This document shows, one piece after another, positions 1 to 14,045 of a stretch of 64,000 nt of DNA. Both the position numbers and the translations under genes were made by a program. Numbering within the stretch: position 1 is the first letter of the stretch; every line of letters begins with the position of its first letter. This stretch comes from Lama guanicoe (taxonomy: Eukaryota), in contig MU054212.1 of assembly GCA_013239625.1 (NCBI GenBank), positions 5,802,270-5,866,269 of the forward strand. Direction: 5' to 3'. Under the pieces are notes generated by a model, which was not told the DNA's origin, searched no databases, and saw only the letters and a program-made list of their open reading frames with translations.

Positions 1-1734
1 TAGACACATTTCTAGTCTCTCCTTTATTACACTGATATATTATTAAGTATGCTGATAATTCTGACTGTTGTTTCAAATGTACTATGTTGTCTTTAGTATG
101 CTTTGCTATCTGGTAGGTGCAGTCCCCATCCATTACCTGTTTTGTTTTTTTTTTTTTAAATTATTTTGGCACTTCTGATACACCCAGTTTAAAAAATAAT
201 AATCAACCTGATGGAACTTTAATTGGAAATAAAATAAAATTAAATTTATAGATGAATAACTTTGAGACCTTCAAAATTAGCATTAATTGAATGTTTTGCC
301 TTTTTCAGTATGATATTTTACACAGGGTAAATAATTCATAAAAAAGTTAAAACTTCTGGAAATTTGAGACTGCTGATAATAAGATTACCTTTCATTATGG
401 ACATTGATTGATTGTTTTTATTTAAAAAAAATTGTTTCCTCTATATATTTCCTATGTATAAACAGTTCAGCAAACAAGCAAACAAAAAAAAATCATACAG
501 TAGAAGGCAAAATAGAGTTCCCAATATTAAGATAAAAGTTCTTGACCTTTCATCATAATATATTTCTCAAAACAACGATGGAAATCAAATAAATGAACCC
601 TAAACATTACATTTACATGTTACATGGAAAAAATCCCACTCCCAGAAAGCCAACACTGACTGTCACTGAGTATGGTATAATTTTTTACTTTTTTCTTGAA
701 TGTTACCACGTGTCCATGTATAAGTGGTTGTGACAATATTTTAAACATGGACTAAACATTAAATACCAATAATGAGAATTAATTTGCTGAGATAACTTCT
801 TTAACTTCTATTTCAGCTTATTTGAAATCAAAGACTGAAAAAACAGAGTTCATACTGGGAAAGAATTACTGGTGGAGATTTGCCAGTGCTTCTGTGGATT
901 GTTAAGAAAGTGAATAAACAAAAGATCGTGCCTTATCATTTTTTTTAAGTAATAAAATTAAGTGCAGGAAAAAAAAGGAAAAGGCAATAAAGCCATTCCA
1001 ATAATTATACAAATAATTCTGTTTTACAGGTAAAGATGGCAAATGCCTGGTACTTAACTGCTGGCATGTGGGTATCCTGTGCTAGTGCTCATTAGCTAAT
1101 ACACAGGCTGAACGGTGCATGAGAAAGGCAATGCAAGTGTACCGACATACAATGTGGAAAAAGTGAGTTGAATAGAGTGAAATAATGAAAATTGAGGATT
1201 ATCTGTATTCATTGTAGTGGCATAAAGGATCAACCTTAAGTACTGACAAATTTTTTTCTTAAAAAGAAGACCATGCTTTGGTGAGAAATCCATACAGTGG
1301 AGTTTCCCTGTGATTAGTAAGATGACTGAGTTAAGGGTAAGAGAGATGCTGAATGTATGTTTAGTAGGAGGCAGTGAGTATGTGCGGTGAGTGATGATGA
1401 GGTGCTGGTACAAAAGTCACAGAGTTTGCATGTGACCAGCATAAATACTGGTTGACTGGGAAGTCTTCGTTATGTATTTAAAAAGGAGGCACTGATTGGG
1501 TGGGGACTCTGGTACCAGTCAGGCATGAGCCACCAGGTGTGGGGAACCTGAAACTAGAAAGGGTGGTAGAGAAAGAAGAGTGAAAAAACAAGTATGTATT
1601 ATTATGCGCCAAGCACAACGCTAATTGCTTTTCAAACATTTTCTCATTCAATCCACCTTATGATCTTCTGTTTATAGATGAAGAAAAGTGAGAAAAGGAA
1701 AATGAGATATGGGACAACTATGACCTGGTTCCGA

Positions 1735-2300
1735 TGTTCATTCATTAAAAATGATTTGAGAATTTCGCTATTTACCCTCGAGCTAAGTGCTGGGAATAGG
1801 GAGGTGAACTAGAGCCCTCCCAGTCAGATGCAGGAGGAAGTAAGAGTCAAAATGCAGTAGGACAAGTGTTATGGATGGGGCGTGAACAAGAAGGCCCTGG
1901 GGGAAGGGTGGGGTGCCCAGCTGAGTGGAGTCAAGAAAGGCTTCTCAGAAGTGACCTTTGAACTGAGTCTGGCAGGATCATAGCCAATAGCCAAATGAAG
2001 AAATGGGAATGGCATTCCAGGCCAATGGAACAGAATGGGAGAGAGAAGAGAAACAGGGGAGGCGGAGAAAGAGGTGAGCTCTTCCTAAAACCCAGAAGAA
2101 GCTGAGTAAGGCTGGGGAATGAGGGAACACAGTTGCATAGACAAGAATTCAGAGGCCTAAATATGTATGACATGCTAAGGAATTTTCATTTTAATCTGAA
2201 AGTTAAAGAGAACCATGAAAGGCTGAAAGGAGCACCGTGAATCTGAAATCACTTGTGAAGTTTGCTCTGGTGCAGATGGGGGGGATGAGGCTCATGGTAG
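1735..2300 (-). mobile_element. L2 LINE fragment (resumes at about 2891-2930 after the LTR)
   Basis: ttcattcatt tail; L2-like tcaagaaaggcttctcagaagtgacctttgaactgag. Confidence 0.65.
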
Positions 2301-2886
2301 TGAAGTGGGAGGAAAGGGGGCAGAGCACAGCCAGTGAAGAAGGACCCAGCCACTGAGGACAGGACAAACTGGTTACAAGCAAGATGGCGGAAGACTCAAC
2401 CTTCAGTAGACCTTGAGCCTCATGGCACAGCCAAAGGTGCCATGACAGTTCCTAGGCTGACCATAAAAGGTCAAAGAGGGGGGGCAATTCCCAGAAATCC
2501 TCACCCCTTCCTCAAACTAGCTGGAACAATCCGTATTAGCATGTGAAATTACCGAGCCCATAAAACCTAACAACCCCACACCTCGTGGTCGCTCTCGCTC
2601 CATCGTGCTCACCTTCTTACATGGCCCGCAGTCCGTCTAAGGAGCGCGCAACTACTTTTACTCTGAACACCCCACACCTCTCAGCTTCTCTCCCTCTCAC
2701 CTTCCTGAGATGGCCCGCATTCTGCCTATGGAATGGGTATCTCCTAAGCCGTTTTCCCTTCTGAGGGAGACAGACCGCACTCTGCCCATGGAGTGTGTCT
2801 CTCTCTAAAAAAACTTCCTTCCACTTTACCACGCCTTGCTCCTGAATTCTTTCCTGCGCGAGGCAAGAATCTATTCTACCCCAACA
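2301..2886 (+). mobile_element. ERV1-class solo LTR, MER41-like, inserted into an L2
   Basis: TG...CA ends with 4-bp TSD GTAG (2297-2300 and 2887-2890); 3' end tgaattctttcctgcgcgaggcaagaa is typical of MER41-type U5. Confidence 0.8.
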
Positions 2887-5800
2887 GTAGGGAGATCAGC
2901 GAGGAAGCTGTTTCGATGAAACAAGGCAGTGAGGGACCCCTTTGAGTCTCATCTCCACGTCCTCATCCTTGGGCTAACTGAATAATTAACCATCCAGATC
3001 ACAAAATCGCAAATGTGAATTGTGCGTTTCATATCATCAGCAAATGGTGGCGACCAGCTATGCCAGCTATATCCCAGAGATGGCACTGTAACCTAAAAAC
3101 ACCCAGCCCAGAAAGTGCCCTTGACACTGGAGGACACTCCCTGGAGGTTTATCTGCTGGATGAGCAGAACAGGAAGACTAAGACCCAGCCTTTCACTTCA
3201 AGAATAACAGGCTTTCCACATTTATGAGGAACAGAAATGAAATCAAAGGAAACGTCAGTATTAATATTTTAAGCCTTTTTTCTTTGCTGTTAGTGCAGCA
3301 TTGATTATTTTCCTAGTATAAAATTAATCTGGACTTCCTGTAGAAAATATGGAAAATATCAAAGAAAAATGGGAATCATGCCCTATTACCCAGAGACATC
3401 TCCTAACACCATGCTAGCTCTCCTCGCAGTTAACGCTATCATAGCTCCATCTTTTGCTTGACAGCTAATGCCTGAGAAACCCAAATTTGTGACTGTTACT
3501 GTCTCTACACTCTTTCTCTACACCCTTACTCACTGCATATAATTTTAAAGTTGAGATTATTATATGTAAAATTTTGGCCTACTTTTTATATTTAAAATAC
3601 TTTGTAAAAGTATTTCAAGGGATAGTTCATCCCAAGAATGGACACTGAGGTTTCCTCCACTCCTTTTATGTTGTAAACAACGATGTGATGAGTATCTTTG
3701 TGTGTAGAGCTTTGCATGAGCTTTGCATCATTTCCATTTGAATTGAAATTTCTGGGTCCAAGACTATGCACGTATTTAAGAATCTGTATATTACACTGTT
3801 AACAAGATAGTCCAGGGTGTTAGTGAAAACACCTTACATACTACAGTGCAATGATCATAGCTATAATACATATTTTACATTTCTAGAATTCCAGTTTCCC
3901 TTCCAGTTCTGAGATGGAGTCTGTGAATCCAATAGATGTACCATATCATCATGAAGCTTATATTCGTTTGTAAGGATGCCAGCACTCTAGAGGAACATCT
4001 AGACAGACACCCCTGTGCTATCAAGGCTTAAGCTGTTACTTTTGATGTATGTAAAAGTTGCTGAGTTTTTGGGCTGAAGACAATACAGGCGCTGCTATGT
4101 ATAACGGGTTCAGCCCTGATGTGTGTGTATATGAGCCTAGAACCAAAGTAATGGGCTGTCATTTTCTGCGAAAGGACCAAATTACCATCTAACAATTTAA
4201 ACCCTGGGGGAAGAAAAACTCTCCCCCCAAAAAGGCATGGAAAAATCTGAGCCACAATGCCACACCGGCACTCCCAGGTACCACCTGTGGGCTGACTGAC
4301 AGAACTAGGTTAACCATCCATCAGAAAAACTCCTTAGCTTTTAAGTAAGTGCTTCAGAGGGGAAAAAATATTCCCAGGGAAAATAAGACATGATCTGACA
4401 TGATGACGGTAAACTCATCCTGGGATGGCACTTGTTACTTATCTTTGTTCTTAATTTCAAAAAAAAAGAAAAAGAGACGTTTACCCTGTCCAGAATACAT
4501 TAAAACTATGACTAATCTTTTATAATTGGGGGGTTTCAATCAAGTTCTAGCCTGTTCCCTGTTGTTTTCCATGTCCACAGTTTCAAACCAGTGTTCCCAC
4601 CCCTCATCCTGCCTCCCTTAGAGAATTTACATCTTCTGCTTCACCTGCACTGGGAGGAGAGAAGAGACTGTGACAAGCGAGATTGAAAAACTAAGATAAA
4701 ATGTTTGTTTTAGCCCTTGAGCAGGGAGGATGGAAGACCTGGACACCCGAGGGAACATTTGGCTTATACAGGAATCCCTTTCATGACAATTACAAGCGGG
4801 GGTGCAAACTCCCCCAAACAAATATCACAAGCTAACAAGATTCACTAAGTGTTTCTGATGACCGTGACCCAGTCTTCCAGCTGCATAATCTTCACAGCAT
4901 GCTTAGGGTTAAGATGCTCCAAACGACGAAGACTGAAATCGAGTAGTACTCTAGGACCAAATCACACAGCAAATGCTAAAACAGTCAACTGGAATCTTGG
5001 CACTTTCTCAGACATCCCAATTTCATAGCATTTCACAGTGAAAAACAACTGATCATCTAAAGCAATGAAAAGAAAGGTTAGATCCTTTATCATATTCTGG
5101 GAATGAAGGCCTTCCTCCTGCAATCTTCAGGTTTTCTGAGGGGAGGCTCTGGGGAGCCTTGTTTTCTGCTGAGAGGAAGCAAGAATGAGAATCTGAAAGA
5201 GGGAGCTGTTCTCTAGCAGAACAAGAGGGAACAGGACACCTACCCTCCGTGAACTCCAGCCTCTCCCAGTCTCTCTCCAGGTCAACAGTCCTTTTCTGCC
5301 CTGCACCACAGGCCATCTCAGAAAGGAAAACTCAGCAGATCAGGAGGGCAACAGACTCCTCCCCAGCTCCTCCCTCCACACTCTTCCCTCCTCTATGGAG
5401 CAAAAGAAGGGAGGGGAGAAAAGACCACAGGAAATCCTACTGGTTTAGCAGCTACGGTTTCCCTGGAATTGAAAGGGATGGTCCTTCCTCTGAAAATAAA
5501 GGTGTGTTTGGTTTATTGCATGTTTTGGCAAAGCACCTGTCAGGCGCCCTCAGCTAAGCATGTAGCCTAGCAGGAAAACAGGCTGAGAAATGGTATCTGA
5601 GGTTATAACCACTAAGCTCCATAATAGTCAGACTGATGAGCAGTGAATACTTAAGAGAAGACATCCATCACTTGTCAACTGGAAAATGTGGGCAAAATGA
5701 AAAACGCTTTATACTGAGTTATGCAATTTGGAACCACTGGTGATTCCAAAAATGATGATATGCTTCAACTTCCACTTTCCAAGGCTTGCAGCTCTGCAAA

Positions 5801-5906
5801 ACTGGACTGAGAAGTCTATCCATATTTGGGTTCAACTGTTGGATAAGTCACTTAAATTTATTCACCTTACCTTGCTTATTTGTAAAATGAGAGAAATAGA
5901 TTAAAT

Positions 5907-6130
5907 CAGTGTTTCTTTATGCAGTGGGTCACACCCCCCAAAAATGAGTCATGAAGTCAATGTGGAATGCTTATCTAGGCAAACATTTTTACTGGAATGA
6001 AATAGAACATAAGAAAGAAGGAAATAGAGCGTATCATACACAGTAATCGTATGTGTGTGTCTATCTGTATATTGGTTGTTGACATAACTCTATTTTTGAC
6101 CACAGTTAAAAGAAGTTTGAATACCACTAG
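5907..6130. mobile_element. hAT-Charlie MITE (MER112-like) within a MIR remnant
   Basis: cagtgtttct ... tttgaataccacta termini; aatagaa core. Confidence 0.45.
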
Positions 6131-9100
6131 ACTAGATCACCTTCAATTTCCTTAGAGTCTCAAATGCTTGAATTTTAGGAGTAAGTTGAAAGAGAAACAG
6201 GAAGGGTTTTAATGCTATAAAGGGAGAAGGTAGAGTGACAGACAGAGGACAGTGCCTCTCGGAGCAGAGCAAAAGCTGTGCAGGGGAGAGATACTTCAGT
6301 GCCCTTAATATTGTTCACATCACATGAAGATAGGCAGTAGGTGAGTCTTTCATACAGAATTCCTCCTCCTGGAAAGTACTGGGAGAACAAGAAAGTTACC
6401 AAATCCCTGGAGTACTACAGAACACTGCCTAAAAATGAGTCCTGAGTGATCCTCATTTACCAAAGGCTATTATAAATAATAAAAACTAATAAAAATGATT
6501 ATAATTGCTGCTAAGGAAAGAGAGTTCAACTACATAGAGAAAAGGCAGTGAGCTGTTATTTCATTTATTTACATCGAACCTAGCAAATCCCACTTTTGAC
6601 TCTCTTAAAGCTTCAACTTTTGGAGCAGGAAATGGGTGGCACTTTGTAGATGATGAGACATGTGCCCATGATTCCCGCCCAGGGGTGGCCTGTCATCCTA
6701 ACCTGGACACCGGGGACGGGATTCCCACCCAGTTTCCAGCACTGACGAACCATGCGGTGGTAGGCGAGTCCCTGACATCTCTGGGCTTCCCAGACACTCC
6801 CTTTAAAATGGGAGTTTCTTGGACAACTTATGTCTGTGGGTATGAAATTGCCCAGATCTTACTTAACAAGATAATCTCTATTAGATACTAAGTCTTCACT
6901 AAATTGACAGTGACCTGAGGCACTGCAGACATTTTGGTAGAGAAGAAACCAGTTTCAGAGGACCCCCTTTGGGAGTAAAAGCCCAGGTATGCAGTCCCCA
7001 GGACACCTTACAGTCAACTGAGAAAGTCAGGAATGAAGCCTCCCGGAGAACAATGTACCTACTGTACCCTGAGGGATAATTTTTCTGAAAGAAACTTCAG
7101 AATTCCTTGAGATTTTGTGCTACCTCCGCCCCTCTCCCTGTGCTGCCCTTCTTGTTGGATGGGGGAGGGGACCGGGCTCAGCACTTCCACTCCCCTGACG
7201 CTCACTCCACACACAGTGGGTTGCTTTTCTTCAAGCTCTAGCAGAAACGGGGTTTAATCAAATCTAAATGAATATCAAGCAATTTTATTAGTTGGATTTT
7301 CTTTGAAAAGTGAAAAAAAAGTTTGGAAATGGGGGAGTGGCATTTACATTTTCTAGTGAAAACACAACATATAAAGGTTCCTCTGATAAACAGATGAATA
7401 CACATTTCAGATCTATATTCTGCCCAGAGGTAGTATGGAAAGGGGAAAAGAAAAAAGAGAAAGATAATAGGAAGAAAAGAAAGAATAAATAGGCAGACGG
7501 AGGGGGGAGGGCTGAAGCAGAAGAAGAAAAAGGATGAGGACGAGGGAGAGGAGACGGGGCAGAGAGAGTGTATCTTGTCAGAAGACCGGCTCCAAGAGAG
7601 AGAATCCTGGATGAGGAGTGTGGGGCAGGAGGAGACAGTGCTGAACCCAGCATGTGTAATTAATTCCTCCTCGCAGGCTCACCAGTCAGATGATTTGTCC
7701 TCCATCCATAAACGGGAGCACAGGAGGGATGTGCAATAAAAGCTTTACTGTAGTTGAATCTCTCTCAGACAGAACCGTGAGTCCAGAAGCAACATTTATA
7801 ATTAACAGTTGCTTGTCTAAATAATAGCAGTATTATAGTGAATTTTGATATCTGATCTTGACCCTTCATTTATTCTTAATCATTCTTTAATTAGCTGTTG
7901 GGGACTTTTTTTCCTTCCATATGGACTTCAAGATTTTTTTTATCCTCTTCTACCTCCATCCCTCAAATAGACTATGGGTCAAGTCTGAGAACGGCATTGA
8001 GAAATTTTCTCTGAGGACCTGGCATTTTATAATAGTAATTCTTTTCATCCAGGAACACAATAATATCTTTCCATTTCCTTTGATCTTGTATTATACCCTT
8101 CATTAATAGTCTTCTAATCATTATGAAAGTTACTTCCAAATATTTTACAGGTTTTAAAACAGACTAGATTCTTTCTCTCATTTCATTTTTTAGCTCCTTA
8201 TTACTAGGATAAAGAAAGGTTACTGATTTATTCTATAAAAACCTACATTAAAATTTCTAAGAAAAGTGCTACATGCAAATGTGTGATAACTAATTTGAAT
8301 ATACTAGAACATATGAATAATTGCCTTGCAAGATGTAAATTATCAAAATGTAGCCCCTCAAAATGGAAAACCTCGACAGACAACTAACTACTAAGGAGCT
8401 TCGTACAGTGAAACTTAAAGTAACTGAAGGTAAATTTCATAAGCTCGAAACACTTCCTCAAAATGCAGGCTGACCAACCTGAAAAAAAAGCATAAATTGC
8501 ATCACTTCAAAGTCTAAAGTGATAAAAAGGTGTTTCGAGAATCTGTCAAACCTTACTTCACACGGAAAACTGAAGATTGACATTAAGTCATCGTGTTGCA
8601 CGAGTTAATCAACGTGCACAAACTTCCATAAAATTGGCCTTGTGTCTAAAGCATCAAAAATGAAGCCCGAACTGACTCACGAACGCACTGTGCCAACAAG
8701 GGAGACTGGGGTGGAGTTTTCTCTACCTTTTATCTCTCTTTAGGTGTATCCTTCCAGAAAAAAGCCGAATACGCTGCCGCTGTGCCAGCACCGGATTAGA
8801 GAACATAAAACCATATCATAAAGATCGTACTTTGAGAAATGGTCAGCCTGAATGAATCCGTAAGAATCTTCAGAACTTTCAATAAAGGAAAGCAAATTGA
8901 AATGACAGTCAAAAAAGTTAATGTGAAACAATGTAGAAAAAAAACCACTCTTTTGCTATAAGACATGGATTTACCCCCAATTCAGGTAGGTAATGGATTC
9001 CGATCCTCTCCTTAATGTCAGCGAATAAAATAATCATGTTTATTGAAAGGAAGGCCAATCAGACATGTCCAAAACTGCAGGAGAAACATGTTCATGTTCA

Positions 9101-10439
9101 TGAGGTTCAGTGCTTTCCTAAGTACTATGGTGAATACAAAACAGATCCACATGATATGAGAGTTACTGTGCCCCTGAAAACAAAAGCAACAAAATGCACT
9201 TGAAATTTGTTTCCTCTGATTAATTCTTTCAGGAGGTTTCATAGCCCCTAGTCTGGACTCCAGTGGTAAATTGCACAGCACAACCATTGTGCAAGTTTTA
9301 CAGTTTGCCAAACTTACCTGGAACTTATTAATCATAAAAGTATCAGTGCATGATGCCTCACTAGGTAAAAAAACAGTAACAAATGAGTCTTTGGTAGAGA
9401 AGATTAAACATATCAGTCTTTGACCCTGAAGAATAAAGAATGACAGGCTGCCCATTTTTTTTGAAGCATTCTTCCTTACCACGCTGGAGCGTGTAGTTCT
9501 TAACTACAGTCATTCCTGAAATCCTTGGAGATCATTTTTTTTAAACGTTCCATGCTGTTTTCAGATTCCATCATCCAACTGGCGTATATGCCACATAGCA
9601 AGGAGCACTGATGCTGCTTTTTATGATGCAGTGTATCTGTTCCTTTGGCAGCCATGCCTCATGGTATGTGGGTTGAGAAGCTGGTGGAGCGTTCCACATG
9701 ACATTTCCTCCCATGAGTAGCGCGGTAGGTTGAGATTTAAATTTTTTTTAATTACCCCCCAAAAATAATTCCTTTCTCAGGAATTACCAATAATAATACT
9801 GGTATGCTTTGACTACTAGAAAAACATAAGTCACAGCTCCCATGATTCTTAAAAATGCTTGAGGATTTCTATGAAATGTGCTCTTTATCATCAAAAGGAA
9901 GATTTAAAATGTATAAATAAAGGGAACATAACAATGACTGGTGAGTGTAGGAAATTAATATTTGAGTTTGCATATTTGGTTGTCCTATCTTTGCACATCA
10001 TATCATTATAAGACTTGAGACAGTGGAGAGACCAGGATGATGTTGGATCCAGGAGGAATGCCAGGTCCTTTGAATCTAACCAAGATCCAGAACTTACATA
10101 GCTCTCGGTCTAGTTTCTTAGATTGCTCTACTCAGAATCTTAACTTTCTTGTAATTTATTATAATCTAATAAAGGATTAGCATTTAAATGAACAGCATTT
10201 AAATCTCTTAATAGAGTGGAAGTATATTTTTTATAAGAATACTATTTTCTCATAAAAGAAGCAGAAAAAAATTAACTATAATAAACATTATGCCTGGGGA
10301 GGAAGGGAGAAGGGACATTTTCTTACACCATCAGTGGGAATGTAAATTGGTATAGCTGATGACGACCTATTAAAAATTTGAACTATACATGCCCTTTGAT
10401 TCAGCAGATACCCTTGCACAAAATTTTTAAAGGTATATT

Positions 10440-11070
10440 CATTTATTCATCCTGCAAAGTCCTGGGAAAATGCTACTAAATGTAACAGACATGACACCCC
10501 CCAGAGAGAGCTCACAGTCCAGTGGAGATAGGCACTATCAATAATCCAACTAAGAAATAACAATGTACACATGGAACGAAGCCCTGTACAGGCAGCGAAC
10601 TGGGATGACGGATGAAATAATGGAGATGAGAGTGCGCAGGTTAAGGAGTGGGAAGACTTCTCTGAGAAGGTCCCATTAGCTTCCACCTGATGAATGAGAA
10701 GAAGCCAGCCAGGCAGGAGAGAAACTGCGTTAAGACCTGAAGCAGGACAAGAGCTGAGGGTTTCTGAAGAACAAAAGAAGGTGCACGTGAGAGGGAGGGA
10801 GTGTGTGATGTGGCTGCAGAGGAGCGCAGGAAACGGATCGGGCAGTTCTCTGTGAGCCAGGACAGGTGGTTCTGAATCTGTTCCAAGTACACTGGACACC
10901 ACGATCCTTTTAAAAGCAGCAGTCAGGTTGCTGAGTGAGAAGCGGATTGGGTGAGAGGCCAGCAAGGAATGGGAGCTCAGCTGTAGGCCCACTGCCTAGG
11001 CTACCTGAGGGATGCCAGAAACTTAGCTGGTGGGGAAGCCCAGAGAAGGAGGGAACTAGATGGACCTAAA
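10440..11070 (-). mobile_element. L2 LINE fragment
   Basis: attcatttattcat tail and L2-like internal motifs. Confidence 0.6.
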
Positions 11071-13657
11071 AACATTTTGTACGTAGATCCCACCTTGTCA
11101 ATTTTATCTCCAACCAACCACAAGAACCAAAGAAAAGCCTTTCCTAAAGAAACATGTTGTGGAAGTGAACATGAGGTTCATTTGGAAAATTTCCTCCTTC
11201 ACGCTTTTCATTACCTTACAAAAATATTCCCACAAATAAGCAATTACCTAATCAGACTAGACAAAGTCAAAAGATGTTGACCCTGCTCCATGGCATAAGT
11301 GAAAAAAAATTAATGCATATTCACCCATATTTACCCTTCGGAAGTTTAAGCTTGAATCAATATATGATAAAAATTACACAAATCTTTTGAAAGAAATAAT
11401 TTCAGGAATCACAAAAGCACGGTAAACCATGCTGCATACCATCTAATAGAAAGTTGGATCAACAGCTCCATTTTCACTAATTTTTAAAGTGCAGACTGTT
11501 CTCTGCAGGTGCACAATTATTACATTCTCTGACACCTCTGGATGCCATCAGGCGGTAAGCCTAATGGAAGGTATGATTTTCATTACCTTGAATAACAAAA
11601 AGTGATGGGTCACTACTCTGGCAGGACATTTCAGGGTGTGTGTATAATTTTGTTAGTGCACAATTCGTGGAACTCTTAGCTTAATTCGTGAATTTTTGGA
11701 TATTCAAGAGCAATTAAATATCAGAAAGTCATGATGTCTGACATATAAGAGATATGATATACATGTTTCCAGTTAAAACAAACAAAAACCAGTGAAGGCA
11801 AAATCTTAGGAACATTTTCTACATGATGAATAACAGAACTGGTGCAGATAATAAGCATTAGACACAAAATGGAAACTTCTGGAGCCACTGCCCACTTAAA
11901 TAAATATTCATTCTTATTACTTCACGTCTTATGCCATGGCTCAATGTCCAGCAAATTGAAGAATGCCTTCTTTTTAAACCTATGATGTATCTACTGTCCA
12001 ACTCTTGTATTTTCAATACAGTGCATCAAACAAAGCACAGTATATGCATACAATGAAGCTCCTTTTTAATTATGCTTATTATTGTCATGATCCTCATTTT
12101 TATTTCAGTCCCTTGAATAAAAGCCAGTTTCACATTGGGCTTATGTTTCCAAAGACATTATCAGAGAGTAATAACATAACCACTCAACAGAAACCACTAG
12201 AAAATCCTCCCTTCTTTCCTTTCCATAAACATAATGAAATAGCAAGTGCTTAGTCCAGAAGGCATTATGCAAATGCACTCCCCAGCAGCAGTAATCTCCA
12301 GACCACCTTCCTCTCACCATGTCAAAATGGCCACCACACAAGGGCACTTTAACACCTTACTAGTTTCCAGTCCTGCAAAGAAAAGGGAGTGTTGGCTTAA
12401 AGCACAGTCAAGGGCACTTAGAAGATGAGAGAGCCCTGTCTGTCTACTGAGTGCATAGTGGGATCTGTCCTTGCTTTTGACAATCCTCCTGGACTGAGAC
12501 AAGTAGATGAAGCCAGCCTGCTTCAGGCCAAGTCTGATTCCTCTCCTGCAAGGGTGCCCGTACCTTGCACATACCACCCAACCGAGACTCCTTACACGGT
12601 ATTTCAAAATACAAAAGTGAAGTACCTGTTAAATCCTTAACCTGTGTTTAGGTGAGGAGAGAGTAGAATGCTAATTAACATTTTTAAACCTAAATAATTA
12701 AAACTGTCAGGGAACTGGAGTTTTAGGAAAAGCAAATCAGAAAAAAAATGAGTTACATCTAGAATTTAGCCCACAATGCAACTTATGAGTATTCCTAGGA
12801 AAATCATAATTCATTGCTATCATTTTTTAAAAATCTTCTGTTTCAGCATAATAGTGCTTTGAAGAAATTACAAGATATTAAATTATGGGAAAGGGAAGAA
12901 TTGAAAGTTCATTATATTTTTCTCTTCGTCCCTGACCCAAAGTTTAGAATGTTATTCGTAAGGGTTTCTGCACTCACATTATTTTTAAAAGAACTTTTGT
13001 TTTAAATTATAAACTAATACATTCTCATTACCAAAAAAAAAATCAGAAAATATATACAGGCATGATGAAGAAAATAAAATACATTTATAATCACTTCATT
13101 CAAAAAATAAGTTCTAGTATATTATGGTGGTCTATTCTAGCCTCTGTCCATGCATTTGTATTTTCTTTCATTATGCTATCAAAAAAAGCCGCAGTATACA
13201 TACATATAAACACAAAACTTCCATCACTGTTAAACAAATTCAGAAACTAAATTCAGAAAATAATCAATATTTTGATCACTGAATTCTTCATTATACAATC
13301 ACTATTAAATTCAATAATGCTCATCCCAGCTTCTATCCCCTTATATTTGTTAACTAGTCCAGTCACCAAGAAATCACTTCTTAATCACTTCCTAAAATAA
13401 TTCCATAATTTCTCCAGTGCTTCAGTTCCATGTTGGAAAGGATTCAGTAGTTGTTTGCTTTATGATTCTAATCAAAAAGTGCATAAAATATGCATTATGA
13501 AATTTAGAGGGAATTCTACCAAGAATGTCAAACCTGATCTTCAGAAATTTCCTTTCCAAGCGGAGGTAGACTAAAACAATACACTAATTATTTCTCTGTT
13601 GGAGTCAATACCCATTGTATTTGTCACAAATACTATTTAAGGTATATGGTATCATCC

Positions 13658-14045
13658 AGGGGTCATCATTTTCTGAAAGTAAATAAAGTAAATGATTTCT
13701 GTTAAGTTAGTAAGAATTTTTAGCCTTGTAGCTACACACTCTCTGTCCAAATTCTCAACTATGCCATTTCACCACAAATGCAGCCATTCACAACACATAA
13801 GCAATTGGCTTGACTGTGTTCCAATAAAACTTTATTTAAAAAACCTTATTACAAAAACAAGATTTTTCTGGATATGGGTGGTAGTAATTGTTGCACAACA
13901 ATGTGAATATACTGCATGTCACTCAGTTCTACACTTAAAAATGGTTAAAATGGTAAATTTTGTTTTGTATATTTTGCCACAATTTTTTAAAAATTCAAAA
14001 AACAAAGATTTTACCTACAATGTGTTTTTTCCCCCCAGCTCCTAG
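13658..14045. mobile_element. MER58-like hAT MITE interrupted by an L1M 3' end fragment (about 13866-13995)
   Basis: ctgtgttccaataaaactttattt MER58 core; L1 3' motif cacttaaaaatggttaaaatggtaaattttg flanked by a duplicated aaaaacaa(a)gattt. Confidence 0.65.

Noticed and set aside
3037..3090. CTCF-like motifs (also near 5542 and 38673)
   Set aside because: Several mismatches at core positions; cannot be supported without PWM scoring or ChIP data.
6900..7793. Possible old ERVL/LTR78-like LTR with purine-rich tract, AATAAA and ...aaca end
   Set aside because: The 5' boundary and TSD could not be defined by eye, so it is not called as a feature.
9015..9482. Opposing ORFs as a possible processed pseudogene
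   Set aside because: No recognisable protein similarity, polyA tail or TSD.
10447..10992. 181-aa minus-strand ORF
   Set aside because: Falls within a decayed L2 element and shows no clear coding signature.
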